A stretch of 64,000 nucleotides of DNA, from assembly GCA_043228905.1 (NCBI GenBank), contig JBHGNT010000013.1, forward strand, positions 4,340,001 through 4,404,000, written 5' to 3'. Within the stretch, counting starts at the first letter, position 1, and each line of letters begins with the position of its first letter. The notes beneath the pieces were generated by a model that was not told the DNA's origin, ran no database searches, and saw nothing but the letters and a program-made list of their open reading frames with translations. A program made the translations under genes and the position numbers. This DNA comes from Azolla caroliniana (Eukaryota; Plantae; Polypodiophyta). This document shows positions 1 through 12,959 of the stretch, in pieces.

Positions 1-575
1 TTTTCATCGCCAGAAGAGCGGTTATACATTTGTATACCCTCTTGCATCCTTGAGATGTGTGGCATGAAAGATTGTTCTGCTTCAATTTGGAAACTTCTTG
101 TACATGCATTCATGTCACCAAAGACAAAAGCTTCCTCTTTGGATTTGAAATAAGCAATATCATTTTCTAGATTGGCAAAAGGTTGATCTTTATCCAAACA
201 AGCATAAAAGTTAGAATCTTGATGAGGAATGTAACATCCAACTACAAAAGTGGGCAAATCATTAGGTGTTTCTATTTTGAGCCATATATAGCATTTATGT
301 TCATCATTTTTTATGATTGACACATATTTCTGTATTTCCCCCTTAATCAAACATGCCACCCCTCCTTGTCCTCTTCTTTGTCTTGGACTTTTTTCCCATA
401 TCAAAGAGTGTACATTATAGTTTCCTAAACCTTGAATCCTTTGAGTATCATGCTCCCATGTTTCAACAAGAAGTGTGATATCCGAGTCATCGGTGAACTC
501 CTCTATACCAAATCCCGCATTCCATGGGTATCCATTGTAGGGCCATTGGGGGGCCATTGCAATTCCAAAAGCATA
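1..575 (-). pseudogene. APE endonuclease N-terminus of a non-LTR retrotransposon ORF2 (degenerate, runs off window start)
   Basis: Minus-strand translation gives CFWNCNG...DSDITLLVETW...RGQGGVACLIK...YIWLKI...VVGCYIP...VFGDMNA, which are the canonical APE motifs. Confidence 0.8.
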
Positions 576-615
576 GTCATAAAAGACGTGGGTTAGTCTC
601 ACAGGACATGTGTTC

Positions 616-1281
616 CTATTTGCCTACATTTCCATCTTTAGGCACATCCTTAACCTTATTTCCCAATATTTCTTCATATGCTTTATGACGGGCATTTTTT
701 TGTGAGGTAGTACTATCTTCACTCACAAAGCATTTTGTACCTTTGAGGTATACCCAACTATTTTCGAGTATTATTCGCCGCTTTGTATCATCCGTCATTG
801 TGTACACAATAGGCCTTTCTCCGGAGCGAGTAATACCATGTTTCCCAACTCGATGTGCCCCATATCCATTCACATCTGACATACCATAATGCATGCTAAA
901 AATTTCACCAATGGCCTTTCTGAGGGATGCGGGTGTTTCCACACTCTCCTCTTTAATCCCACAAATGACAATGTTCTTTGATCGTTGTTCACATTCTTTC
1001 AATTCTCGAGCATCTATGCTTTCTATATTATTCTCTTGATTCATCACATGCATAATAAATGAGTTTGATACCAGATCCCCACCACATCAATCAGCCCATG
1101 ACTTCGTTGTGCGTACATTTTTCATCTCACTTATATCCCGCCGCATTGTATCCATTTTTTCTTCTTTTAGTGCTTCCTTTAACTCAATCTTGTTGAGGCG
1201 CTCATTTGTTTCTAAAGAAGCTCTTTTACCTTCTTGATTCTCTTCTTCAAATTTTGAACCATTTTCCATTCTCAATGACAA
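616..1281 (-). pseudogene. LINE ORF1 remnant (coiled coil + Transposase_22/RRM-like), split into two ORFs
   Basis: ORF 1087-1281 is coiled-coil-like. ORF 616-1053 has RSKNIVICGIKE...AHRVG...RPIV...FVSED and lies directly upstream of the APE domain. Confidence 0.7.
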
Positions 1282-1669
1282 CTATTTGGAGCGTAGCATT
1301 CTCTTTCATTAGTATCCTAATCTCTTAACCTTACTTGTTTATGGTTTCTTGAAGAGAAATCTAGTGACTCATAATCATTTTGTCTAGTGTGGCCGAGTTT
1401 ATTGCATTGGCGTCAAGAATCATAGGTGATCTTGGCTCATTATAAATCATACTCCCACTTTTTGTGGCCTCCTTACGAGTGTTTGCCATTCTAGGACCAA
1501 ACCCTTTCAATCGATTTAGGGTTTCAAAATCAACCTTGAGTTGGAGGAACCGTGGGACAAAGAGGGTTGTGAACGAAAATGCTCACAACATCTCATAACA
1601 TTCTTTAGAAATCTCTCTAAACGAACTTTCCAACAAGCTATAGAACACAAAACACACACACACACAAAG

Positions 1670-1815
1670 AAAGAAAGAAAGAAAGATATATTAACGTCTT
1701 CTAAGGCCAAATTTGGCCCATGAGACAATTGGTTTACAAAAAAATGGGATATTTACCCATTCATTGAAAGTAAAAATAAAATAAATTAAAAATAGATCTT
1801 AAGATAAATAGTTCT
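1670..1815 (+). repeat. ~145 bp dispersed direct repeat, copy 1 (copy 2 at ~6441-6590)
   Basis: aagaaagaaagatatattaacgtcttctaaggccaaa.ttggcccatgagacaa...atgggatatttacccattcat.gaaagtaaaaataaa occurs at both sites. Confidence 0.85.
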
Positions 1816-2069
1816 AGTAAATAACAAACATGTTCTACAATGAAATGGCTTTATACTAGGCCTAGTTTCAACTTCATCTAAGTCTCTCGAAAAGAAGCGA
1901 TAGGTCAAAGGGTTTCGATGTGGACGTGACCCCCCGTGGTCCCAATGTAGAAGGTACCCCAACCATAACTTCTAGTCAGCGTAGCTCACGTTGTCGTGAT
2001 GTGGCGTGCTCAAGTGTGGGAAAAACCGGCGAAAGGGGGGTCAAAATGTGCATGTGCAATGTGTGTGCA

Positions 2070-2840
2070 CAAGGTTGTTAGGTACGGTACGGATACCATA
2101 CGTATTTAACGTATTAATACCTGTATAGTACCTCCCAATTTAAAAATACGTTAAATACGTTTTCTTAATATGTTAAATACTTCTAAAATTTGAAAATTAT
2201 TTACCTTTCTAAAAATTATCTATAATATTGTAAAAAACATCTATGTTTACACAATTTTGTGATGTACAATATAGTTCTGCATCCTAAAATGCATATAAGA
2301 CATTTGAACATTTCACATCCTAAAATACTTGTAGTAATATGGATGTCGACATTCCCTTATTCTATAAATCAGTGTAAGTGTGTATCACAATATTCTACTT
2401 CAAATTGTAATTATTTACAATTATGCCTTCATACATTGAGGAATCGTCTACGATTATCACACTCATGATAGGTTTCTCTTTTTTTTTTCTTCTTCTTCTT
2501 CTATCTTTTGCGATTATCACACTCATGACAGGTTTATGTCTTCTTTTCTCTCTTCTTCTTCATCATCTTCTTCATCGTCGTCTCTTCTATTCTTCTTTCT
2601 TCCTTCCTTTAGCTTCTTTTTCATTAAAATCTTTTTTTTCTTTTGCTTTTTGTTAGGATTTTAGTTGTATTTTAATTATAAATACGTATTATACCTGTTT
2701 TTTTATAAATACATTAAATACCATATTGGATAAATGTACATGACATTTGACTAAATAACATTGAGGTATAGTACGTACTATACAAATGATGAGGTACTAT
2801 ACGTATTTAAACGTTAAATATGGGTACGTAAACAACCATG
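2070..2840. mobile_element. MITE-like non-autonomous DNA transposon (hAT-like TIRs) inside the E1 LTR
   Basis: TIR caaggttgtt...aacaaccatg, subterminal tacgtatttaa repeats, AT-rich non-coding interior; flanks tgtgtgca / tgcacaca. Confidence 0.6.
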
Positions 2841-3010
2841 TGCACACAATGGTAATTAATTATACACATGCAAAAGAAAAGGGAAAAGAAAGGGTGGAAA
2901 GGAGGTATAGAAACTCGTGTAAAAAGTAAGAGAGGAGAGATAAAAAGTAGAGAGGAGACATGCTATAAATTTCGAGACATAGATTTATATATTACATAAT
3001 AGAGAGTTAA

Positions 3011-3064
3011 TGGGCTAGTCGATAGACATATTGACTCCTAGTTAAAGGTGCACGGTTCAAATCC
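3011..3064 (+). promoter_or_regulatory. tRNA-like Pol III A-box/B-box cassette in the E1 LTR
   Basis: TGGGCTAGTCG (A-like) and GGTTCAAATCC (B box) ~32 nt apart; TATA-like cctataaaagg at ~3146. Confidence 0.55.
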
Positions 3065-3659
3065 GGTCTTACAATGCAACGTTATTTAAGGAATTTTATT
3101 CCTTTTGCATTGAAGACGAATGTGGCGACGCCCCTTCCTTTTTTTCCTATAAAAGGAGGTCGAGGGGGCTCATTTGGGAGGACGTTTTGAGAGGAGGAGA
3201 CTATCGTCATTTTTCTTTCAGAGCTCTTCATCTTCATCTTCATCATTTTTCTTCATCTTATACCCCTTCATCCCCTCATCGCCACGTGCTCGTCTTCTTC
3301 GTGTTGGCACTCAAAGTGCTCGTTTACGGTGCTCGTGAGCCCGAGCCTCGTTGGTTCCGACATTGTTTCGCCCCCGTTCGTCGTTGCGAGCCCGTGTGCT
3401 CGTCGTTCGGGTGGACGTGGTTCGTTGGGGTCGGCATTTTTGTGGCGCTCGTCTTCTTCGTGTTCGTGCTTGGTGTTTGGATTTGCTCTTGTCTCTAAGG
3501 TCATTTAGTATTTATGTTTTGTTGAGCTTGTGGTCAACTAGAGTTGCCACATTGTAATCAAACCCTATTTTATAAAGGGCACTCTTGCATTGCAATCAAA
3601 CTTACATATCTATTTCTTTAGCCAATGTCATTCATGCTTTCATTCTTTAATTCTCATCT

Positions 3660-4090
3660 CCTTGTACGTTCATCCGTCTTCTGACGAGGGAGCGTTTCGG
3701 GCATGCCCATGTACGTCTCCTCCTCAAAAAGGTGTACGAGCATTCGTGCGTGTGTTTTGTGTCTTCCTTGTACGTTCAGCCTCTTTTGACGAGGGAGCGT
3801 TAGGACTTGCCCATGCTCCTCTCCTCCTCATAAAGGCGTAAGAGCATTCATGTTTGTATTCTCGTCCCTATCCTTGTACATTCAGCGTCTTGTGGCGACG
3901 GAGCGTTCAGGCGTGCCCATGCACCTCTCCTCCTCATAAAGACGTATGGGCGTTCGTGTTTGTATTCTCGTCCCTTTCTTTGTATGTTCGGCGTCTTGTG
4001 ACGAGGGAGCGTTCAGGCGTGCCCATGCACCTCTCCTCCTCATAAAGACATACAGGCATTCGTGTTTGTGTTCTCGTCCCCTTGTGCATT
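3660..4090 (+). repeat. ~105-110 bp tandem repeat x4 in the E1 LTR
   Basis: Repeated unit cttgtacgttc...gacgagggagcgtt...gcccatgcacctctcctcctcataaag...cattcgtgttt. Confidence 0.85.
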
Positions 4091-4404
4091 CATTTTGCGT
4101 GTTCATCTTTGCTTGTACCCATTTGATCATTTGGCTCATGCAGTGATCTCGAAAACTCGACGAGTCGTGATCAACGAAGGCCACCGACCCCATAAAAAGG
4201 GCAACAAGCCCTTGCTCGGTAAGTAGTCTTGTCGTAAAGCAAACCTCAAGTCTTCCTTATCCCGTCATACTCCCTAGTCCAAGACCCCCGTGGTCCCACC
4301 CAAGTAACACACACGTGCGAAACTTCGCGACATAAATTGGTGAACCCGACGTGAAAGGGCGGCAAGGGAGATCCAAGATGTGAGGAGGAGAACTCGTTGA
4401 AGCG

Positions 4405-5340
4405 ATGGTAGCGGCTGTGGACCGCTTGGTAAATGCCCAAGAAGGCATCACCGGCCTAGACTGGGCCATAGAGACGGTGGTCAGCACAATGGGTCGGTTC
4501 AATGGAAGAGATACCACGAGCTACTTGGACGCCTATAAGGCCGAAATGCTTATGCGAAACGTCCCCGAAGATAGGCAGCTAACCGGATTCGCTAGAGTGG
4601 TAACGCCGAGTATCTACGCAGAGGTACTCGAGATCCAAGCGGGTTGTCGCAATTGGGAGAGTTTGAAGAAAGACTCCTCGAGAAGTACGGCCTTGATGAT
4701 TCACTCAGAATTTCGAAAAGGGATCTAATGGAGTGGGTTGAGCTTCTCAACAAGGGGAGAAATACTATGACACTTCTACAAGATTTTGAGAAGTGCTTTG
4801 CGCGACTCTCAGCTCTCGGCAGGACGGTGCTTGACACAAGCAAGGTCCTACTATTCATCAAAGTTGTTGATGTACGAGACCAAGAGAAGGTGGGGCTCCT
4901 CCTCGAAACTTATGATGGGCTCAAAACAGATTGGGCTATAGTGAAATGGGTTTGTAGTCGCTTCGATAAGAGGAGGGAATGGAACGACGTGCCTCCGTTG
5001 AGCGGCGAAACATCCACAGGCTCCATTAGTGAGTCACATGAACGCAGGGTGGTAGGGCACCTCAAGAAAGAGAGCAAGAAAATGCAAGGTTCATCCCCGA
5101 GAGAAACATGGTTGAAGCAACGTCTGGAGGATCGGCAATAGACAACCTCACAAAGATTGTGCAAGATCTCCAAATAGCGCAAGCTAGGAGAGAGGGTGGC
5201 GGCCCTCAAGATCAACGTCCCCCGTTCGCGTAAAGATGTATGTGGTGCGACAATCCCAACCACCTACGAAGGGAGTGTGGAGACTTTCAAGAGACCCTAA
5301 GAAGGAATATTGTCTATCTTTGGAACAATTGGGTCTATTC
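4405..5340 (+). pseudogene. Frameshifted gag of E1
   Basis: ORFs 4405-4728 and 4644-5141 align by eye with the intact gag at 54622-56667. Confidence 0.75.
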
Positions 5341-6768
5341 GAAGCACGACATGTTCAAGCCGTCCACTACTCGGCGTCGGCTAGGATCTGAGTGGGGAAA
5401 GAGGTGAGGAGGCAAGAGGAGAAAGAGATTGACTTCTAGTCGTCAATCCTTGGAAGCCTCTCTAGGGGAAAGTTCAAAAGAGAAGAAGCGGATGAAGCGG
5501 ACGAAGCGGAAAGAAGGGTCCAAGAAGCAACCGAGTGGAAGGAACCCGGTGGAAGAAAAGACGAAAATGAGGTAGAGCGAGCAAGCGCACAAGCATGAAG
5601 TGTTCTCGAATATGCTTTGCATGACCAAGTTAAAAGTTCCCAGATACACATGGATGACAACATCTACATGATCTCCCTTACATACATGGCATCATATAAA
5701 TGCATACATACACGTGTATATGTAACCATACGTATCATATGTGCATTCACATTTGAGAATGATTTAATCATACGTGTATGGTAAATCATCTCAACGTTGG
5801 ATTGGATAGATACGAATGGTATTGATTGAATCACATGTCATCAAGTTTTCAATACTTTAGAAATTATTAAAGTACTAAACGTTAGAAAGAGAGAGAAAGA
5901 GGGACATAGAGCAAGAGAGTGGCAGGACATTAGAAAGAGAGAGAAAGAGGGACAAAGAGCAAGAGAGTGTCAGGTGTTATGAGCTATCAACTAAAGCTTC
6001 AACTTTTATGGCAATATTACCAGGACCATTCACCTTCCTTCTCTTCGTCCCCCTCAGATTCTTCCTATTGTTCTGATCACCGCCATCATCATGATGACTC
6101 TGATTCTGTTTTTGTTTCTGAGGATCACCATGGTCCATGATTATGATTGTTTTGAGGATTACCATGACTATGATTCATCTGGTTCTGGCATCTGATTCTC
6201 ATTGACATGGTGGATCAAGCCTCTGTTCTTCTTGCTCATCATCATGCTATTCTTGAGATTAATGTTGGCTCTGAGCATGTCCCTAGCTCTAAGGATCTCC
6301 TCCCTCATCCTCTCCACGATCATGAGCTACACCTACTTCCTAGAGTTCCACATCGCTCCCCATGAATTATACTGAGGAGGCTGAGATGTAGCAAAAGCCA
6401 TGGAGCATTGCATCCATGGCCTGGCGGTAGAATCGTTGTAAAGAAAGAAGAAAGAAAGATATATTAACGTCTTCTAAGGCCAAAATTGGCCCATGAGACA
6501 AAAGGTGAACAACAAAAATGGGATATTTACCCATTCATCGAAAGTAAAAATAAAAATAAGATAAAATAGAGTTTAACCTAAATAGTTCTAAAGAAGATCG
6601 CCATAGCCAAAAACAAAGTAAGAAAAGAGTAAAAAAATTAGAAAAAGAGTAAAAAAAGTAATAAAAAAAAAGGAACACGTATTTTTCCCTTTTCAAACGT
6701 GTTCGTTTCCAAACGTTTTCAAACGTTTGAATGCTTCCACGAACACGAATATTACGTTCTATGTGTAC

Positions 6769-7300
6769 ATGCATACATATGCTATATGTACATGATCTCC
6801 CTTATATACATGGCATCATATAAATCCATACATATGCATACAATATATGTATTTATACATACATACACGTGTATATGTACATGCATACACACACACACAC
6901 ATGCATACATATGCTATATGTACATGATCTCCCTTATATACATGGCATCATATAAATCCATACATATGCATACAATATATGTATTTATACATACATACAC
7001 GTGTATATGTACATGCATACACACACACATGCATACATATGCTATATGTACATGATCTCCCTTATATACATGGCATCATATAAATCCATACATATGCATA
7101 CAATATATGTATTTATACATACATACACGTGTATACATGCATCCACACACACACACACACATGCATACATATGCTATATGTACATAATCTCCCTTATATA
7201 CATGGCATCATATAAATCCATACATACGCATACAATATATGTATTTATACATACATACACGTGTATATGTACATGCATACACACATACATACATACATAC
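6769..7300 (+). repeat. ~127-133 bp tandem repeat x4 plus (CATA)n/(CATAC)n microsatellites just upstream of NDUFS7
   Basis: Unit atgcatacatatgctatatgtacatgatctcccttatatacatggcatcatataaatccatacatatgcatacaatatatg...; a diverged partial copy lies at ~5665-5725. Confidence 0.95.
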
Positions 7301-7429
7301 ATACATGCGCATACATACCATACCATACCATACCATACCATACGTACGTGTCTTCTTCTTCTTCTTCTTCTCTGCTGTCTGTCTTGTCTCCTTTGCCTGC
7401 CCTGTTCCCATCGAATCGATCTTCCATCC

Positions 7430-10400
7430 ATGGCTTCTTCGTTGCTCCCTCGAGCAGCCCGACTGGCTTCGGCGGCCCCTGCCACCGCCGTGAAGATAGA
7501 ACCCCGTCTTCTCCACTCGCTCTCCCCAGCCATGGCTTCTTCTTCTTCTTCTTCTTCTTCTTCTTCAATCGATGTTACCTCCGCTTCCAACACTAGCCCT
7601 GTTTCTCCCAGCGTCTCCAAGCCTGCAGATTTCGTGATCTCCAAAGTCGACGCACTGATGAATTGGGCGAGGAAAGGTTCCATCTGGCCCATGACCTTTG
7701 GCCTCGCTTGCTGCGCCGTGGAGATGATGCACACGGGCGCCGCCCGTTATGACCTTGACCGCTTCGGTATCATCTTCAGACCCAGCCCCCGCCAATCCGA
7801 TTGCATGATTGTTGCCGGAACTCTCACCAACAAGATGGCCCCTGCTTTGCGCAAGTAAGAGCACCTCTTTCATCCTCTCTGCTCTGCTCTGCTCTGCTCT
7901 GCTCACGCTCTAGTGGTAGATGGATAGATTTTGTTTATCCCTGCTGTTCTAAAAAATATGGTCTATGGACCCAAAGTGAAACATTTTCATGTTATGTGTA
8001 TGGGGGGTCGGTTAGTAAGCAGCTCGAATGTTTGATGAATATTCAAGGCAGATGGATGATATGTTCCATCTCCTTGGAGGGCTGGAAACATGACCTACGG
8101 AACCCCAAAACAAGCAGTACAAGGGAGTCTCTTTATTTTTGTTGGTATAGAAGATGTAGCAAAATATGGCGCTTTTTTTTTTTTTTAAGGTCTCTCTAGG
8201 CGTGAGTAGAGATCATGTATATGCTCGTAAGGGGTGGGAGTTAGTGTGTATGACAGTTGAAATGTTTTGCTGGGAAGCACTGTATTGGACCGACTGAATG
8301 TTTCTCACTGTAGTGTGGGATGCTCCTCATCCTTGATCTCCAGGTGAAAAGAGGTTACAATCAAAATGACCTTTAAGACCAAAGAGAGAGAGCGAGGGGT
8401 GTCATAGTGCAAAAGGACTACAATAACGTGGCATAGGCCTTTTGCAACAAACAATAATAGAGTTTCTTTCAATGTTGAAGTTTTATGAAGAAGAGTCTCC
8501 AATGAATTTTGTCCTTCGAGTTCATGTTGGTTTATCAAAACCATCCTTCAAATGATAATGGCACCTTCATCTGATCTCATAAGATGACAAGACGATGTCA
8601 TGTGCAGTGTTCCTCTGGTTTGCCTTTTAGAGACCATAACTGGCCCCAAAGGTCTTTTGATTTCAGACTGTTCCTCTGGCGTCACTTCTAGAGTGCATAA
8701 CTGGCGGCGAAGGTCTTTTGCTTCCAAACTGTTCTTATGGCTTGTCTTCTATAGAGCATAACTGGCATCGAAGGTCTTTTGGTTCCAGAACACTATATCT
8801 CCTTGTCTCCATTTGCAATTGATGGGGTGTTCAGTTGTGGATCTGCCCAATCATATATTGTATGCCAAGTGAGACGCAAGTATCAATGTAGCTGGGTAGA
8901 GTCATTGAGGATGGAGGCCCAGGGCACTGAAATCCTGTTTCTGAGAGCAATATGAGCTTTGAGACAGAAAAAGATGATGTTGATGACTTGTGTCCATTTC
9001 CCACAAAGGATGTCGTCTCAGGGCAATCTGACTAGAGTGGGATGTATAGGAACATGCAGGGATCTTAAACTAACTGCCACACAGGAAGATCACTTTAGAA
9101 AGACTTAGAGGAAAAATCAGCTGATCAGGAAAAACGAGTTTGTGATTACAAAGTTGTAGAATGGTTTATATAATCAATATCTACAGGTAGCTGGAAACTC
9201 AACAGTCACCTAACTAGGTTCATGCAATTCTAACTATGTTCGCACCAAAATTTTCATAGAATACACATTAAGTGTAACAAACCCTCCTCTAAGTGAAAGA
9301 TGTGAACTTGAACGTCGTCACTGTCCAGGTGTTGGAAGAATGCCCAATCCGTTGTGAAAATATTGAAACTTTTCTTTGGATAGAGCCTTCGTAAAAATGT
9401 CTGCAACATTTTCATGAGTTGGTACATAGATTGGAACGGCTCTCTCACATAACAATAATGCACCTCAATGTGTTTTGTACATAGATGGAAGATGGGATCC
9501 CTTGCAATAGCCAAGACACTTTGACTATCTCTAAATATACAACTAGGAGATGGTTGCTCAAGTGACAAATCAGACAATAATCTCCTAAGTCTAACACACT
9601 CTACTGTACCACTGAATGCTGCTCTATATTCAACTCCACAACTTCATGTGGCCACTCTAGGTGGTTTCTTGCTGAGTCAGGAAATACAAGAATTGCCGAT
9701 CATGAAGCAAGTGCAATTGTGCTGTTAACATGGACGAATTGCCTTTCCATCGAAGAGGTTGAATCGTAGTGCCTTCGAGGTTATGGAAAACCTACTTGGT
9801 TGCTTGCTAACGTTTTGTTCCAGGGCTGTGCATAAACCTGCTTAATTGTGAGACTGCAAATTGAATGTCAGGTTGAGTGTTGCACAAAAATATCGAACAA
9901 CCTACAGCTTGCTTGTATAAGAGTACACCAGCTGGTTCTCGTTTGACTTGATATGAGAATCTGGAACTTGTTTCTACAGGAGTGGAGATTGATTTGCACT
10001 CTTCAAAACTGAACCATTGTAGGAGCTTCTTGATGTACTTTTGTTGACTCAAGAAAATGCCCCCTCAATGGTAATGAATTGAATGCTGCGGAAGTAATCG
10101 AGATTACCAAGATCTGTAAATTCAAATGTCTTACTAATATCAGCCTTGAAATCTGCAATTACTTGCTCATTAGGTCCTGTGATTAGCAAATCATTAACAC
10201 GAAGCAGAAGAATTAGTAATTTTTCACCATCCTTTCGGACATAGAGAGTGCTTTCAGTTGGGCTGTTCACAAAACTGAGTTGAAGAGGATGATCATGGAT
10301 CTTTCCATTCCAAACTCTAGGTGCTTGCTTCAAGTCATCCAAATCTTCAAATATCTCACAAGTTTCTGCACCTTTAATGAGAAAAACTAGGAGGTTGAGT

Positions 10401-11757
10401 TACATAAACCTCTTCTTCTAAATCTCCATTTAAGAAGGCGGTTTTATGTTCAATTGGTGAACCTTCCATCCTATATTTGTGGCTGTAGCAGCTATAGCTC
10501 TGTGATTGTGGCCATCCTTGAACTGGGGGTGGAGGTTTATTCACAGTCTATCCCCTCCTTTTGGGAACGGCCTTCTGCTACAAGTCTCACTTTAAAATGA
10601 TTATTACCATCCGCATTATGCTCGACTTTGTAAATCTACTTCATGGCAATTGCTTTTCTACCTTTAGGTAGATCACATAACTCCCAAGTGGTATCCTTAT
10701 AAATACACTCAAGTTCTGATTTCATGGCTTCAACCCAATGGTCATATGCTAATGCATTCTCAAGAGAGAGTGACTCCTCATCACAAAATTCAACAATAAG
10801 AGCAGGATGGACATAATGCAATTCAACATGTGGATTGGCTGACCAGGGGTTTACCTTAAAGAGGAAATGTGAGTTTGCTGTCCATAAGGGTGTTAATCAG
10901 CCATATAGGGACTTAGAAGAGGCTTGTTCTCCCTCTAATTTTATGTTAACATCATATTGATTAATGACCTGTAAATCAGCATTATCATCATCAATGTTTG
11001 GTTGCTCATTTTCAACCACATTATATTATCAGCAATGTTTGGTTGCTCATTTTCAATTTGAACATTGTTTGGCTTCTTATTGTTTGGAGCATGCTGTTCA
11101 TGCAAAACGTGCAAATTACCTCCATGAGGTTGGGTTAGTTGATCACCTTCAAACATAGCATTTTGGAGCAATGGTAAAAAAGTATCACATGCATTTGGTT
11201 TAATTGGCTATTTGGAGCAATCCACAAGTGTAGTTGAAATGTAATTAAATCTTCAATGTGGCTTTATATCCGCATTAACTCGTGAATATGTTTTTTTATA
11301 TATGAAAAAGTTGCAGCATTTCAGTTACCTCTGTTTCTTCGTCTTCTGGGCCCATGTAAAAGGCCGAAATGCAACCGCCAAATATACTCATAAACCACAT
11401 ATTAAAACTTCAAAATGTATATCAATCTTAAATGCAGTAAAGATAGTGTACTTTTCAAAATGAGAGGTATATTTGGTAAAATTCCTTTGATTTTTAAAGT
11501 TTTGCATTGAATTTGGCATCAGGGTGTATGATCAGATGCCGGAACCACGTTGGGTGATTTCGATGGGAAGCTGTGCAAATGGAGGGGGTTATTATCACTA
11601 CTCTTACGCTGTGGTTCGTGGTTGTGATCGCATCGTACCAGTGGATATTTATGTTCCTGGTTGCCCTCCAACTGCAGAAGCATTGTTATATGGCTTGTTG
11701 CAGTTACAGAAGAAAATTGGTAGACGCAAGGACTTTGCCATTTGGTGGAGCAAATAA
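7430..11757 (+). CDS. NDUFS7: NADH:ubiquinone oxidoreductase 20 kDa Fe-S subunit (PSST), mitochondrial precursor; exons 7430-7854 and 11523-11757
   Basis: Ser/Arg/Ala-rich transit peptide, then [23 protein letters not shown]...[27 protein letters not shown]|[28 protein letters not shown]...[17 protein letters not shown] 7855 / AG 11522 intron splits the K codon in frame. Confidence 0.97.
8609..8790 (+). repeat. ~61 bp tandem repeat x3 in the NDUFS7 intron
   Basis: gttcctctgg...agag.cataactggc...aaggtcttttg.ttc repeated three times. Confidence 0.8.
9043..11000 (-). mobile_element. Degenerate Ty1/copia fragment (RT-RNaseH, PPT, probable 3' LTR) in the NDUFS7 intron
   Basis: [66 protein letters not shown]; PPT ~9281-9292; many stops and frameshifts. 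Confidence 0.85.
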
Positions 11758-12959
11758 ATATATATGGGTGAAATAAAAGCTTGTAACACAGACTTAACAG
11801 TTACTTTTTCAGATGTTTGAATAGTTTTCTGACATAAAGGCTCTTTTTGTAAGTACCACCAATAAGTTCACATAGAGCAGAGTCTTTGAAGGGCTTCTAG
11901 ATTTTGATGTGGTATTTAGCAAACCTAATATTTTGGTGCAACGTACTGCTTTCAAAATGTACTGTTTTGTCATTGGTGAAAGTCGATCACATATTTATTG
12001 GTTCTCTTCCAAGTGACATGGTTCCTTGCTAGAACACGCAAATTTGGCTTGCAGTGTTGGGAGACATTTATCTTACATGCAGGCGCAGGCGGTATCTATT
12101 AAAGCAGTTTCATTAGATTATAGAGCTGATCTGCTGTATATAACTACATGGACGAGTATGCAATGCACATACAACAATTATTATGTATATACACAATATT
12201 AATGAATGCATGATACTTGTATAACTGTCTTTTATCTATGATTGATAGATGTATCCACATTAATTGTTAAACGATGATGTTTTTACATGTATACAATTGT
12301 ACTTTCAGGTAGAGAGGAACTCTTGAGACTGGCAATTGTAGATATTAGAGTAATTTGGCCCAACAAATGAGTGTTTCCTATGTGTGTTTGTGTGAACCTA
12401 TTCAAACCCATGATAATTGTACTCTCGCACTGTTCTATTATCTTCTAAAGATGGTTATCGTTCGATGCATGATTTGGATTCAGTATTTCACCCATAGATA
12501 TGTTTTCATGTGCTTTGGACACAACATATTGATAAGATTGGATAACGAGTAAACCATTTTGTAACTAATTATATGGTGATTGTTAAATGCATGACGTTCA
12601 AGTATTTATTGCGGTATTGGTGTGGAATTAATTTGCAACATTGATTACATACAACGAAAAAATTATTCATGTTGATCAAATTTAGCTCAATTGTGTAAGC
12701 AATAGGTGGACTATTGCCCTTCCTTTTGTATTTCCTCTTTATTTTTGCATAATGTTAATTACGATTCTAACAAAGGGGCGTGCCTTATAGTATTTTGACA
12801 CGAAATCAAGAGCACGTTCAACTATCTCCAAAAACCATCTACATATTGACTACCACATTACAAGTCCTCACACTATTTAAGCGTGAACTAAAAACAAACT
12901 AAATGTAAGCTACCTTTGAATATTTGGGTGTCAATTATATATTTACATAGTTAAAGAGA

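Larger units (their letters stand above)
1992..5400 (+). mobile_element. Truncated tRNA-Trp-primed LTR element E1 (5' LTR 1992-4332, PBS 4338-4354, degenerate gag 4405-~5340; no 3' LTR seen)
   Basis: Starts TGTCGTG after ACGT; LTR ends CGCGACA; PBS TGGTGAACCCGACGTGA. Gag (GRFNGRDTTSYL...KVLLFIK...GLKTDW, CMWC knuckle remnant) is homologous to the ORFs at 54622 and 53054. Confidence 0.75.

Noticed and set aside
3660-4090. CRISPR-like array (also 6769-7300 and 36375-37250)
   Set aside because: Eukaryotic context; units repeat along their whole length with no unique spacers; no cas genes.
7001-7429. N-terminal 143 aa of the 285-aa ORF as part of NDUFS7
   Set aside because: It is translated minisatellite/microsatellite; the transit peptide starts at ATG 7430.
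7430-11757. Organellar or bacterial nuoB/ndhK insertion
   Set aside because: It has a transit peptide and a spliceosomal GT-AG intron, so it is an ordinary nuclear gene.
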